From the sequence record ON190025.1: DNA of 64,000 nucleotides; one strand, 5' to 3'. Positions within the stretch are counted from its first letter, which is position 1, and the number at the start of each line of letters is the position of its first letter. Below are positions 27,674 through 36,771 of the stretch, in pieces. Under the pieces are notes generated by a model. That model did no database searches and was not told the DNA's origin. It was given only the letters and a program-made list of their open reading frames with translations. Position numbers and translations under genes: made by a program.

Positions 27674-29509
27674 ATGAAACACGACATTTTAGACATTGTT
27701 AGCGGTTCGGGTAACAACAAAGAGAATGCAAATAAAGATTCGAAAGTAATCCCTACAATGCGTGACTTAGTAGCTGGCACAGTGTCGAAACATTACGCAC
27801 TTGAAGACTATCTACCGAAGCATATTGCAGATGCACATATCGACGGCGATATTCATTTTCATGACCTTGACTACAGCCCATTATTCCCGCAATTCAACTG
27901 TATGCTTATTGATATCAAAGGCATGTTTGAAGGCGGTTTCAAAATGGGTAATGCTGAAATCGAAGAACCAAACAGCATTAGCACTGCTGCCACTGTTGTA
28001 ACTCAGATCATTCAGCAAGTAAGTAGCCATATCTACGGCGGTAACACGATCAATAGAATCGACGAAGTCCTAGCACCTTATGTTCGTAAGTCATATTATA
28101 AATGGCTCGAAGTAGGTCGCGAAGAACATCCCGACTCTGATTCTAAAGCTGCTATCTTTGCACGAAAGCGTGTTGAAAAGGAAACGTTCGATGCATTCCA
28201 GACGTTTGAATATCAAGTCAATACGATGCAGACTTCAAACGGTCAGACACCATTCACGACAATCAACTTCGGGTTAGGTACGTCGTGGGAAGAAAAACTT
28301 ATTCAAAAAAGTATTCTTCAGAATCGTATTGCAGGTCTAGGTAAGACTAAGAAAACTGCTATTTTCCCTAAGCTTGTTTTCACATTGAGAGACGGCGTGA
28401 ACCTAAAAGAAGGCGACCCGTGCTACGGCATCAAAAAGTTAGCTCTTGAATGTGCAAGTAAGCGTATGTACCCAGACATTTTGAACTATGACAAACTAGT
28501 TGAAACGACTGGTGGGTTTAAGTCTCCAATGGGCTGTCGCTCATTCTTGGGTGACTGGAAGAACGAAGATGGTGAAACGGTATTCGATGGTCGTAATAAC
28601 TTAGGCGTCGTCTCAATCAATATCCCGCGTATTGCTATTGAAGCATCGGGTGATACTGAACGCTTCTTCGAGATCTTACACGAGCGTTGTACACTAGCTT
28701 ACGAAGCATTGATGTTGCGTATTAAGCGTTTTGATGATGTAACTGCATCAGTTGCTCCGATTCTATACTGTGAAGGTGCAATGGGCGTGCGCTTGAAGCC
28801 AACTGATAAAGTCAGTGAAGTTTTCAAACACGGTCGTTCAAGTATCTCGCTTGGTTATATCGGGTTACACGAAGCAGTAACGTTGCTTTCGCCAGATAAA
28901 GACATGCATACGTTTGAGTCACAGCACAAACAATTCCTCGCTGAAAAGATTGTGGAAACTCTTAGAGCGTACACAGATGCATGGAAAGAACTGACGGGCT
29001 ACGGTTTCAGTCTGTACAGTACACCAAGTGAATCGCTGTGTGATCGTTTCTGTCGTCTCGACCAAGAGAAATACGGTGTCATTACAGGTATCAATGACAA
29101 AGACTATTACACAAACTCGTTTCACTTAGACGTGTTCAAGAAAGTTAACCCATTTGAGAAAATTGATTTTGAAGCTGCATACCCAATTCATGCAAACGGT
29201 GGTTTCATCTGTTATGCTGAGTTCCCGAATATGCGAGATAACATCAAAGGTCTAGAGCGCGTATGGGATTATGCTTACACTAAAGTAGCTTACTTCGGTA
29301 CGAATACCCCGATTGATCAGTGTACGTGTGGTTGGTCTGGTGAAGCTCATGGTGATTCGCTGGGTTATTCTTGTCCTGTTTGTGGTGAACGCGACCCTGA
29401 AAAGCTCAATGTAACGAGACGTGTCTGCGGTTATCTCGGTAACCCGGGTGCTCGTGGGTGGAATCACGGCAAGACTGTCGAAATGCAAAATCGAGTTAAA
29501 CACTGTTAA
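27674..29509 (+). CDS. nrdD: Anaerobic ribonucleotide reductase NrdD
   Basis: NANKD, HFHDLDY, MGCRSFL, STPSESLC and RRVCGYLG motifs; uninterrupted. Confidence 0.98.
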   Translation: MKHDILDIVSGSGNNKENANKDSKVIPTMRDLVAGTVSKHYALEDYLPKHIADAHIDGDIHFHDLDYSPLFPQFNCMLIDIKGMFEGGFKMGNAEIEEPNSISTAATVVTQIIQQVSSHIYGGNTINRIDEVLAPYVRKSYYKWLEVGREEHPDSDSKAAIFARKRVEKETFDAFQTFEYQVNTMQTSNGQTPFTTINFGLGTSWEEKLIQKSILQNRIAGLGKTKKTAIFPKLVFTLRDGVNLKEGDPCYGIKKLALECASKRMYPDILNYDKLVETTGGFKSPMGCRSFLGDWKNEDGETVFDGRNNLGVVSINIPRIAIEASGDTERFFEILHERCTLAYEALMLRIKRFDDVTASVAPILYCEGAMGVRLKPTDKVSEVFKHGRSSISLGYIGLHEAVTLLSPDKDMHTFESQHKQFLAEKIVETLRAYTDAWKELTGYGFSLYSTPSESLCDRFCRLDQEKYGVITGINDKDYYTNSFHLDVFKKVNPFEKIDFEAAYPIHANGGFICYAEFPNMRDNIKGLERVWDYAYTKVAYFGTNTPIDQCTCGWSGEAHGDSLGYSCPVCGERDPEKLNVTRRVCGYLGNPGARGWNHGKTVEMQNRVKHC

Positions 29510-29510
29510 G

Positions 29511-29534
29511 AAAGCGCCTTCGGGCGCTTTTTTT
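29511..29534 (+). terminator. Intrinsic terminator
   Basis: AAAGCGCC-TTCG-GGCGC-T7. Confidence 0.9.
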
Positions 29535-29556
29535 GTTTTTTTGACGAAGAAAAAGG

Positions 29557-29628
29557 TTGCAACACGAATCATAAGTGCGTAATATTAACTTCATCGAGAC
29601 GACATCGACTAACAGAGAGAGAAACATT
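29557..29628 (+). promoter_or_regulatory. Class I early promoter with leader
   Basis: TTGCAA-17-TAATAT, CATCGAGACGA, AGAGAGAGAAACATT-ATG. Confidence 0.85.
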
Positions 29629-30045
29629 ATGCTATACATCAACTTGACAACTTGCAGCGTTATCGACGAACACTCAGTAGCTGAACAGTGGCGCCAAGAG
29701 GGTCACACTGTTGAATCTCGTAGAGATTGGAAAACATTAGAGCGAGTTACTGAAGTCTGCAACATGCTCGACCAAGATCTATACATGGTTGTGGACGCAG
29801 GTTCAGGTTGCTTGCCGCGCTTTGACATTATCAAAAAGCCACGTGTAGGTGATTCAGTTAGCTATTGTTTCAATGGTGACAGTCATCCCGACGGTGTAAT
29901 CACGAAGATTTCAAAAACAATGAAGATGATCACGACATCAACGGGTGGCAAATACTATCGCCGTAAGTTGTCTGGTCAATGGGTTCGGGGCGGCTGTTGG
30001 ACGTTAGTACATGGTCACACGTCTAAAATAAATTGGGAGTTTTAA
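29629..30045 (+). CDS. Hypothetical early protein
   Basis: 138 aa from the ATG after the leader; C-terminal PRVGD...GQW...G beta domain. Confidence 0.8.
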   Translation: MLYINLTTCSVIDEHSVAEQWRQEGHTVESRRDWKTLERVTEVCNMLDQDLYMVVDAGSGCLPRFDIIKKPRVGDSVSYCFNGDSHPDGVITKISKTMKMITTSTGGKYYRRKLSGQWVRGGCWTLVHGHTSKINWEF

Positions 30046-30046
30046 A

Positions 30047-30649
30047 ATGTTTACGCAAAAAGAACGAAGAATACCTACATACACGCCGACAGCTTTAGAA
30101 ATTGGTAAAGATGTTAGAGTATACGTCGAACCTATGAGTAGTAGCAGCTTGAGTTTAAGTGCGAGTGATACTATAGATGCTCGATTTATATATCAAGACG
30201 AATCTGGCGACTGTGTTTTGTATGATTATATGAGTTCTTTGACGTTTATTGTTCAAGGCAGTCGAGTCAGCGATAATTCTAGCTTTGGTATCATTTCACG
30301 TTTTGAAGAACGAGAAACGTTTCAAGAATTGTTTAATCACGACGGTGTGCTGTCATACAATAAAGAAACGATTGAAACGAAGATTGAATATGTTCGTATC
30401 AACGAAGGTGACACGATTGACGTATACTTGAACTGTCAATTCGAGCCGAGACAAGAAGAAGCAACAGTTGTGTTTTGTAATGATGATTTCATCACAGTTG
30501 TTGCAGATGATGTACCGTTTACATTTTCTCGACGCGAAGCTATGAACAAAAATATTGTTCATGTATCGAATGATGGTATCAAAAAATCTTGTCGCCTCAA
30601 TATTGATGTTTTTGCGGGATGGCAGGTAAGTGAAGTATCAGAAGATTAA
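30047..30649 (+). CDS. Hypothetical protein
   Basis: 200-aa ORF, tightly packed in the operon. Confidence 0.7.
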   Translation: MFTQKERRIPTYTPTALEIGKDVRVYVEPMSSSSLSLSASDTIDARFIYQDESGDCVLYDYMSSLTFIVQGSRVSDNSSFGIISRFEERETFQELFNHDGVLSYNKETIETKIEYVRINEGDTIDVYLNCQFEPRQEEATVVFCNDDFITVVADDVPFTFSRREAMNKNIVHVSNDGIKKSCRLNIDVFAGWQVSEVSED

Positions 30650-31106
30650 CGAATTTGATTTTGCAAACGGCGAAGGTGTTCGATTGAGCATCTTCGTTTC
30701 TGGTTGTGAGCATCGCTGTAAGGGCTGCTACAACGAATCTACGTGGGACTCGAACGATGGTATCGATTTCACTGAAGAAACGCTTAGAGACGTTTTGACG
30801 AGCTTAGAGCAGCACGATGGGCTGAGTCTTTCAGGAGGTGACCCGTTGCACCCGAGCAATCGCGACGAAATATTGCGTATTTGTAAATCAGTGAAAGAGC
30901 GATATCCCGATAAAGACATTTGGTTGTGGAGCGGTTACAAATTATCTCATGTTTATCATTTAGAGATAATGAATTATATTGATGTTTTCATTGACGGACG
31001 ATACAAGAGACATCAACCAACGCAGAAAGCGTGGCGCGGCTCTGATAATCAAATCTTGTACGTTCGGGTAAATGATGAAATGGTTATTGATAAAGAGAGA
31101 AATTAA
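30630..31106 (+). CDS. nrdG: Anaerobic RNR activase NrdG
   Basis: GVRLSIFVSGCEHRCKGCYN (CxxxCxxC), LSLSGGDPL and WRGSDNQ motifs. Confidence 0.97.
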   Translation: MKYQKINEFDFANGEGVRLSIFVSGCEHRCKGCYNESTWDSNDGIDFTEETLRDVLTSLEQHDGLSLSGGDPLHPSNRDEILRICKSVKERYPDKDIWLWSGYKLSHVYHLEIMNYIDVFIDGRYKRHQPTQKAWRGSDNQILYVRVNDEMVIDKERN

Positions 31107-31630
31107 TGAGTTGTGTTTGGATTACAAGTGATCTGCATTTAGGTCACAAAAATATTGGTAAGTTTCGGGATGACATTGAAGACACTCAAGCGAATACCGA
31201 CTGGATTGTTGACTTCTGGTTGAAGAACGTTCGCAAGCGTGACACTGTGATTATGCTTGGTGATACTGCATTTACTGAAGAAGCTGTTGGAATTCTTGCT
31301 GGTTTACCGGGTCGTAAAGTACAATATGGCGGGAATCATGACGATCTTCCTGTTTCAAGCTACATGCGTGCGTTTGACGTGATTCGCGGTTGTGAAAAGT
31401 ACAAAAAGTTGGGTTGGTTGAGTCATTTTCCATTACACCCCGATGAACTGCGTGGTCATTTCAGCATTCACGGGCACGTGCATTACGCAACGATTGATGA
31501 CTATCGTTACGTGAACGTTTGTTGTGATAACTTGCAGCGTAACATCGGTCAGCCGATGATTCGTTTAACTGATCTGCGACAACTTCTTGACAAACGTCGT
31601 GAGTCCAAAGAGGTAAGTTACGACTTCTAA
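31106..31630 (+). CDS. Calcineurin-like metallophosphoesterase
   Basis: SDLHLGH, LGD, GNHD, SHFP and HGHVH motifs. Confidence 0.9.
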   Translation: MSCVWITSDLHLGHKNIGKFRDDIEDTQANTDWIVDFWLKNVRKRDTVIMLGDTAFTEEAVGILAGLPGRKVQYGGNHDDLPVSSYMRAFDVIRGCEKYKKLGWLSHFPLHPDELRGHFSIHGHVHYATIDDYRYVNVCCDNLQRNIGQPMIRLTDLRQLLDKRRESKEVSYDF

Positions 31631-31653
31631 GTGGTAGTCTATCTGCATGAACA

Positions 31654-31661
31654 TCTAAATA
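31654..31661 (+). promoter_or_regulatory. Late promoter variant TCTAAATA
   Basis: 33 nt upstream of ORF 31695. Confidence 0.65.
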
Positions 31662-31694
31662 CTGGTATGGTATTAAAGATGGTGTTCATGCACT

Positions 31695-32540
31695 ATGATA
31701 GATGTTTTGTTAAGATATGACGCGAGAATTATCAATAGCCGAAAGATCGTTATCTACACAGATGAAAATCGACTTGGTCTAATTGTTAAACTTGCGAAAG
31801 AGCTTGACGGGACGTACAAGAAGTGCGACCCAGGCAGTTCAATTGGTTGTATACAGATGGAAAAATGCAGAGTATACGTCAAACCAACATCTAATCCGGG
31901 CATCGAGAATGAACGCAATTTCTATAATATTGTAAAGCAACACATTGATTCTGGCTGTACTCGGATTAAAATTGGTCGACGAGTAATAAAAGGTGTTCAG
32001 TCGATTGAAATGACTGGTCACGACACAAAAAACAACAAAAAAGCCGATATGGTATTGAAGACCGTAAGCGGCGATTTTCCGATTTCGATTAAAAAATCAA
32101 ATGCCGAGCGTTGGGCTAGTACTGACGTTATTCACGGCACTGAAGCTCGTAAGCTTTTATCACAAATGATAGTCAAGAAAATGGTTACATTATCGGACTA
32201 TTCTGACGATGGTAAAGTGAAGAGACTTAGCCAGCCAATCGCACGCAGACTAAGAGACGACGAAATAAATCATGTTGTATTTGGTTCAGACATTCTCAAT
32301 AACGGTCTTGTTGTAGTCAATAGCTTTACACTAGATGATTTTGTATTCAAACGCGGTACCTTGCATATTAACGGTGATGTTTTGTTGAACGCGAAAGATA
32401 TTAAAGATACTGTATATCACCCGTATATGTTGATTAGAAATGATGCATGTCGCCGTTCTAAGGCATTGCCTTATGGTGTACGTGTTGAAGTTGTATTCGA
32501 ATCAAGAATTACTAAAAATACGATTGTTTACGAGGAGTAG
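31695..32540 (+). CDS. Putative PD-(D/E)xK nuclease-like protein
   Basis: ENE...KKADMVL...FPISIKK...W pattern. Confidence 0.55.
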   Translation: MIDVLLRYDARIINSRKIVIYTDENRLGLIVKLAKELDGTYKKCDPGSSIGCIQMEKCRVYVKPTSNPGIENERNFYNIVKQHIDSGCTRIKIGRRVIKGVQSIEMTGHDTKNNKKADMVLKTVSGDFPISIKKSNAERWASTDVIHGTEARKLLSQMIVKKMVTLSDYSDDGKVKRLSQPIARRLRDDEINHVVFGSDILNNGLVVVNSFTLDDFVFKRGTLHINGDVLLNAKDIKDTVYHPYMLIRNDACRRSKALPYGVRVEVVFESRITKNTIVYEE

Positions 32541-32543
32541 CTA

Positions 32544-33368
32544 ATGGCTATCAAAGATAAATTGGAAGAACTTATTGCGTCGGTTCACCAATGTACTACC
32601 AAAGACGGTGTAGTTGAAATCGAGAAACTATATACGCAAAAGAAAAAAGAACTCGGGGCGAACATCACACCGATGATGGACATTCGTGTTCGAGACGCAA
32701 TTCGCGGCAAAATCACCATGTTTGACAAAGAATCTGCTGCTGAAAAAGAAGAAGCAACGATGAAGAAACAACAACAAGAAGCTGAAGCAATTGCAGCTAA
32801 ACTTGATGAGGGTCTATTTGTCGTTTCGGAAAAAGATTTCTTCGAACATGAAACCGTTGTGAATGAGTGTGCGATTGACGCTGCGTGTATCATGGACGTG
32901 GATTCAAGCATTCCTTCAGTTGGTCATAAAGAATTGACTAAAACATTATCTGAAGCGTGTGAACACGTTGGTGCTGTTGGTAAAGTGTTTGTACCTGAAG
33001 CTCAGAACAAGGTTTTATCACTTCAAGAGCGCGTTGAATTATTTGAATCGTTCTCTGATGTCGATGTTGCACCGAAAGGCGTGATGTTTGCTGAAGTAGA
33101 GACTATGATTCAAAAAGGTATCACTCGCGTGTTTGCATTTGTAGAAGCGAACAAAGTAGCTGAGTATCGCCGTCTAGGTCGTCACTTCCTACGTGTAGGT
33201 GGAACACGATTCGAGATCGTTGAAGTCAAGAACAAAGTACCATCTAGTACTATTGAAAATCTGATTCGCGAAGATAATCTGCACGAATTCATGCGCAGCG
33301 TACCATTACCACTTGATGAAGCAGAGAAGATCTTTGATCGTCAACTTGAGCAAATCTTGGGGGCATAA
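32544..33368 (+). CDS. UvsW.1-like domain fused to degenerate HIGH-family nucleotidyltransferase-like domain
   Basis: N-terminus CTTKDGVVEIEKLY...DIRVRDAIRGK vs T4 UvsW.1 CQTLEGLEELEAYY...DISVRDALAGK; C-terminus IPSVGH...SSTI...FMRSVP. Confidence 0.65.
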   Translation: MAIKDKLEELIASVHQCTTKDGVVEIEKLYTQKKKELGANITPMMDIRVRDAIRGKITMFDKESAAEKEEATMKKQQQEAEAIAAKLDEGLFVVSEKDFFEHETVVNECAIDAACIMDVDSSIPSVGHKELTKTLSEACEHVGAVGKVFVPEAQNKVLSLQERVELFESFSDVDVAPKGVMFAEVETMIQKGITRVFAFVEANKVAEYRRLGRHFLRVGGTRFEIVEVKNKVPSSTIENLIREDNLHEFMRSVPLPLDEAEKIFDRQLEQILGA

Positions 33369-33847
33369 TGAGTGTAGCTAAACGTGGTGCAGATGGTTTT
33401 TATGCTCTTCGTCTGTCTCGTTTGCTTCATCTTCGTTTTGAACGTTGGGAAGCATATCGAATGGGTATCATCGACGCAGATGGTAAGAAGTTGCGTGACC
33501 CTGTAACTGCACAAGAGAAAAGTAACTGGACGATGTTTCATGTTACTGTGAGAAATATCAAGCGCATGGTTGGTGCATTACCAGGTGGTAAAACAGCACT
33601 TGATTATGGCGCGTCTTATTTGTTGCTGATTGAGCTTGCAAAAGAATACGGGTTATCTGAAGATTTCGCGAAAGAGTGTATTCGAGTCGAAGAAGCTGTT
33701 GTTGCAGGTGATGCGGGTGACGGTAGTAGCTCACCAGAGTCGATTGCTTCTGGTGAAACGACTGGTGCTGTAACTAATGCAGGTCCTGAAACTATCGGTA
33801 AGAAAAAGAAAAAGAAAAAGCTGAAGAAGTTCAGACATTTCGAATAA
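33368..33847 (+). CDS. Conserved T4-like protein (often annotated gp61.1-like) with gp23 N-arm-like C-terminus
   Basis: WEAYRMGIIDADG...FHVTVRNIKR; C-terminus AVVAGD...IASGETTGAVTNAGP plus poly-Lys. Confidence 0.75.
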   Translation: MSVAKRGADGFYALRLSRLLHLRFERWEAYRMGIIDADGKKLRDPVTAQEKSNWTMFHVTVRNIKRMVGALPGGKTALDYGASYLLLIELAKEYGLSEDFAKECIRVEEAVVAGDAGDGSSSPESIASGETTGAVTNAGPETIGKKKKKKKLKKFRHFE

Positions 33848-33848
33848 T

Positions 33849-33906
33849 AAAACGCCTCGGAAACGGGGCTTTTTTATGTTTATCGTATCGTGATGCCGTG
33901 TATAAT
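33849..33906 (+). promoter_or_regulatory. Terminator followed by class II promoter for primase
   Basis: Hairpin plus T6 (33849-33875); GTTTAT(33878)-17-TATAAT(33901). Confidence 0.7.
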
Positions 33907-33926
33907 CACTACACGGAGGTTGAATT

Positions 33927-34985
33927 ATGCAAATATTGATTGATATACAATACGCCAAGATGCTTCAGCATCGATTACTACTCCCTACGGTGCATAGTCA
34001 TCGTCCATTCAAAATCAATGCAAGATGCCCGATTTGTGGTGACTCGAAAAAGAACAAGTACAAGACACGTTTCTGGATTAATGAAGTTAAGACACGTTCT
34101 GGTGAGATTCATTTACGTTGTAGTTGCTGGAACTGTGACTATAACGAATCGCTGTATACTTTTTTGAAAGATCACGAACCATCGTTGTTTTCTCAGTATC
34201 GCGTCGAGTTATTCAAAGAGCGCAATTCTCGTGAGCGTAAAGAACGCGAACCTGAACCAGTCGTTGAAAAGAAAGAAGCGACTGTCGTTGAGAAAGAACA
34301 AGAAGAGCAACTTTTCTATAATATCACTGCCCTTAAAGATGGTCATGTGATGCACAAATACCTCGAATCTAGAAAAATCCCTAAAGACAAGTGGCATTTG
34401 CTTGGGTTTACTCGTGGCTGGTCTCAAATGGCTAAGACGCTTCGCCCAGATTTGTACGAAGGTGAGATTAGAAATGACCACCCTCGATTGGTAATACCTA
34501 TCTATAACAAAGAAGGTTTGATTGCTGTTCAAGGTCGTGCGTTGACAAACAAACATGCTCAACGATACATGACCATTAAAATTGACGACGATTTCAACAA
34601 GATATACGGCACAGAGCGTATCAATGAAGATGACCCTGTTATTTTCGTTGAGGGCCCGATTGATAGTTTATTCCTCTACAATTGCTGTGCTATAGTAGGT
34701 GGACAAGTCAGTCCACAAAATGCACCCTATGCGGGGAATCGCATTTGGGCGCTTGATAATGAGCCTCGCCACCCAGACGTTGTAAAGCGTCTTCAAGTTC
34801 TAATCAGAGCGGGTGAGCGTGTTGTTATTTGGGATAAGCTCCCACCTCAAATTATTGATAAGAAAGACATCAATGATTTTGTCAAAGCTGGTGTATCTGC
34901 TGAGTTCATTCAGCAATACATTTATGAAAATGCCGTTAGCGGTCTAATGGCTACAAATCGACTTAACAGATGGAAGAAAATTTAA
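33927..34985 (+). CDS. 61: DNA primase gp61
   Basis: CPICGDS...CWNC zinc ribbon; RLVIP, EGPIDSLF and DNEPR TOPRIM motifs. Confidence 0.97.
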   Translation: MQILIDIQYAKMLQHRLLLPTVHSHRPFKINARCPICGDSKKNKYKTRFWINEVKTRSGEIHLRCSCWNCDYNESLYTFLKDHEPSLFSQYRVELFKERNSRERKEREPEPVVEKKEATVVEKEQEEQLFYNITALKDGHVMHKYLESRKIPKDKWHLLGFTRGWSQMAKTLRPDLYEGEIRNDHPRLVIPIYNKEGLIAVQGRALTNKHAQRYMTIKIDDDFNKIYGTERINEDDPVIFVEGPIDSLFLYNCCAIVGGQVSPQNAPYAGNRIWALDNEPRHPDVVKRLQVLIRAGERVVIWDKLPPQIIDKKDINDFVKAGVSAEFIQQYIYENAVSGLMATNRLNRWKKI

Positions 34986-35482
34986 TGAAGATTATTTACC
35001 TGCCTCACTACAAAGAAAACAAAGAACTTGGTCTAAAAGCAATTGAGCCAATTGGTGTGAAAGACCCAGATGACGCGGGTATTGATCTGCGTGCTGCAAT
35101 TGAAGAGTCAATCGAGCTACAACCGGGTGATTCAGTCGTTATCCCGTCTGGTGTCAAGATTCATATTGGTTCGCACCCACTACATCGAGTATTCACTGAT
35201 TTAGGTGTATACGGCGCGATTGCACCGCGAAGCGGTCTTGGGTTCAAGCACTTCTTACGCCTTGCAAACACAATCGGGATTATCGACGCGAACTATCAAG
35301 GCGAAATCATGATCAAGATTCGCAACGAAGGCGACGACGTGCTGCATATTGAGCGCGGTGATCGTATCTGTCAGTTGATTTTCCACACTTACGTGAAAAA
35401 CGTGCAGTTTGAAGTAGTTGATGATTTCGACGAAGAAACTGACCGCGGTGCTAGTGGGTTCGGTGAGAGCGGGGTGAAATAA
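34985..35482 (+). CDS. dut: Trimeric dUTPase
   Basis: AGIDL, PRSGLG, GIIDANYQGEI, RICQL and RGASGFG motifs I-V. Confidence 0.96.
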   Translation: MKIIYLPHYKENKELGLKAIEPIGVKDPDDAGIDLRAAIEESIELQPGDSVVIPSGVKIHIGSHPLHRVFTDLGVYGAIAPRSGLGFKHFLRLANTIGIIDANYQGEIMIKIRNEGDDVLHIERGDRICQLIFHTYVKNVQFEVVDDFDEETDRGASGFGESGVK

Positions 35483-35718
35483 TGCACACGCCTATTTCTA
35501 AAACTGGTGAGATTCTAGGTTCAATGCGTTCAGTGCTCATGGACGAGCGCATTGAAGCTTCTCTTCGAATGGATATTGCACGTGACCAAGAGCAAAAAGA
35601 AAAGATGTTGATTTCGAATCGAACTAAGATTTGCGACATTGACAAACAACAAAGCAGAATCGAATCTAAGCTCGATTTGCTACATACATTACTTGACGTG
35701 AAGAAGGAAATATCATGA
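35482..35718 (+). CDS. Hypothetical coiled-coil protein
   Basis: 78 aa, TAATG coupling. Confidence 0.65.
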   Translation: MHTPISKTGEILGSMRSVLMDERIEASLRMDIARDQEQKEKMLISNRTKICDIDKQQSRIESKLDLLHTLLDVKKEIS

Positions 35719-36407
35719 GTGATAAACCCGTCTATGACATTCTAATCGACTATGAGGGATTCGACGTGACTCCCGACGCAGCGGTTATTGAACTGGGTGC
35801 AGTTGAATTCGAGCACGATTTTACGAAAGTCCCTGACTACCAAGAGCTTGTGAAAAACTCTTTTCGTTGCAAGTTTGAGATCAAAACTCAGAAAGGTAAG
35901 CGAAGCATTAACAAAGCTACTGTGCAATGGTGGTCTGAGCAATCAAAAGAAGCGAAAGAAATTCTAATACCTAGCGCAGAAGACGTGTCGGTTGAAGAAG
36001 GTCACAAGTTGTTCATTGAGTGGATCGAAGAAAACACTCGCTACGACGGTCGTTCACACTTGTACTGTCGCGGTAATAACTACGATATCCCGTTAATGGC
36101 AGATTGCTTCAAGTACAGCGGCTTGCGTCATGCAGTCATCGAACGATTCTGGAAATTCCGTGATGTTCGTACTCGTATTGAAGCATTGATGTTACAACGT
36201 GACATGTGTAAAGTGCCAATTCGTCGTGACGCAATGCCAGGTTTCATTCACCACAACGGCGTACACGACTGTGCGAAAGATGCAATGATGCTTATCATGG
36301 CAGCGCGTTACGCACTTGATTTAGAAGAACTACCCGAGAAAATGGAATGTCATGAAGTATCGGTTGATTTCACTGACGAAGAGAAAGAGGAACTTGGGCT
36401 ACTATGA
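35715..36407 (+). CDS. dexA: Exonuclease A (DexA)
   Basis: LIDYE, KFEIKTQKGKR, WCRG-like YCRG, RDVRTRIEAL and HDCAKD match T4 DexA. Confidence 0.95.
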   Translation: MSDKPVYDILIDYEGFDVTPDAAVIELGAVEFEHDFTKVPDYQELVKNSFRCKFEIKTQKGKRSINKATVQWWSEQSKEAKEILIPSAEDVSVEEGHKLFIEWIEENTRYDGRSHLYCRGNNYDIPLMADCFKYSGLRHAVIERFWKFRDVRTRIEALMLQRDMCKVPIRRDAMPGFIHHNGVHDCAKDAMMLIMAARYALDLEELPEKMECHEVSVDFTDEEKEELGLL

Positions 36408-36565
36408 TGATTGCTGTACATTTACTATCACAAGCCAAGCCAGTTGTTCATGATAATGTAAAGAACGCTTACACCAAAGACGGTCTTTACTGCTTGATGA
36501 TGAAAGACGGTATGGTTTACAAATACCCACTGATTAATATTTTCAGAATTACAGAAAATATGTAA
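36404..36565 (+). CDS. 53-aa hypothetical protein (not in ORF track)
   Basis: MMIAVHLLSQAKPVVHDNVKNAYTKDGLYC...; ATGA overlap with the dexA stop. Confidence 0.7.
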   Translation: MMIAVHLLSQAKPVVHDNVKNAYTKDGLYCLMMKDGMVYKYPLINIFRITENM

Positions 36566-36572
36566 AAAGTGG

Positions 36573-36633
36573 TTGCGTTGTCGATGTGACTTGTGTAATA
36601 TACTCACATCGACAACGAAAAGAGAACAATATT
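36573..36633 (+). promoter_or_regulatory. Class I early promoter inside a 14-bp inverted repeat
   Basis: TTGCGT-17-TAATAT, CATCGACAACGA leader; IR arms at 36576-36589 and 36604-36617. Confidence 0.85.
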
Positions 36634-36771
36634 ATGACAACGAATCGCTTAGATTGGACAATCGAAAAGAAAGCTCAGTTCATCGCGACATACAAAGACG
36701 GTACGGTTTTAGTTGCTCGTACTCGCGAAGAGCTTAATTCGCAAATCAATGAGTTTGAAAAAACGTTATGA
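36634..36771 (+). CDS. 45-aa hypothetical early protein
   Basis: ATG after the AGAG leader; MTTNRLDWTIEKKAQF... Confidence 0.7.
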   Translation: MTTNRLDWTIEKKAQFIATYKDGTVLVARTREELNSQINEFEKTL

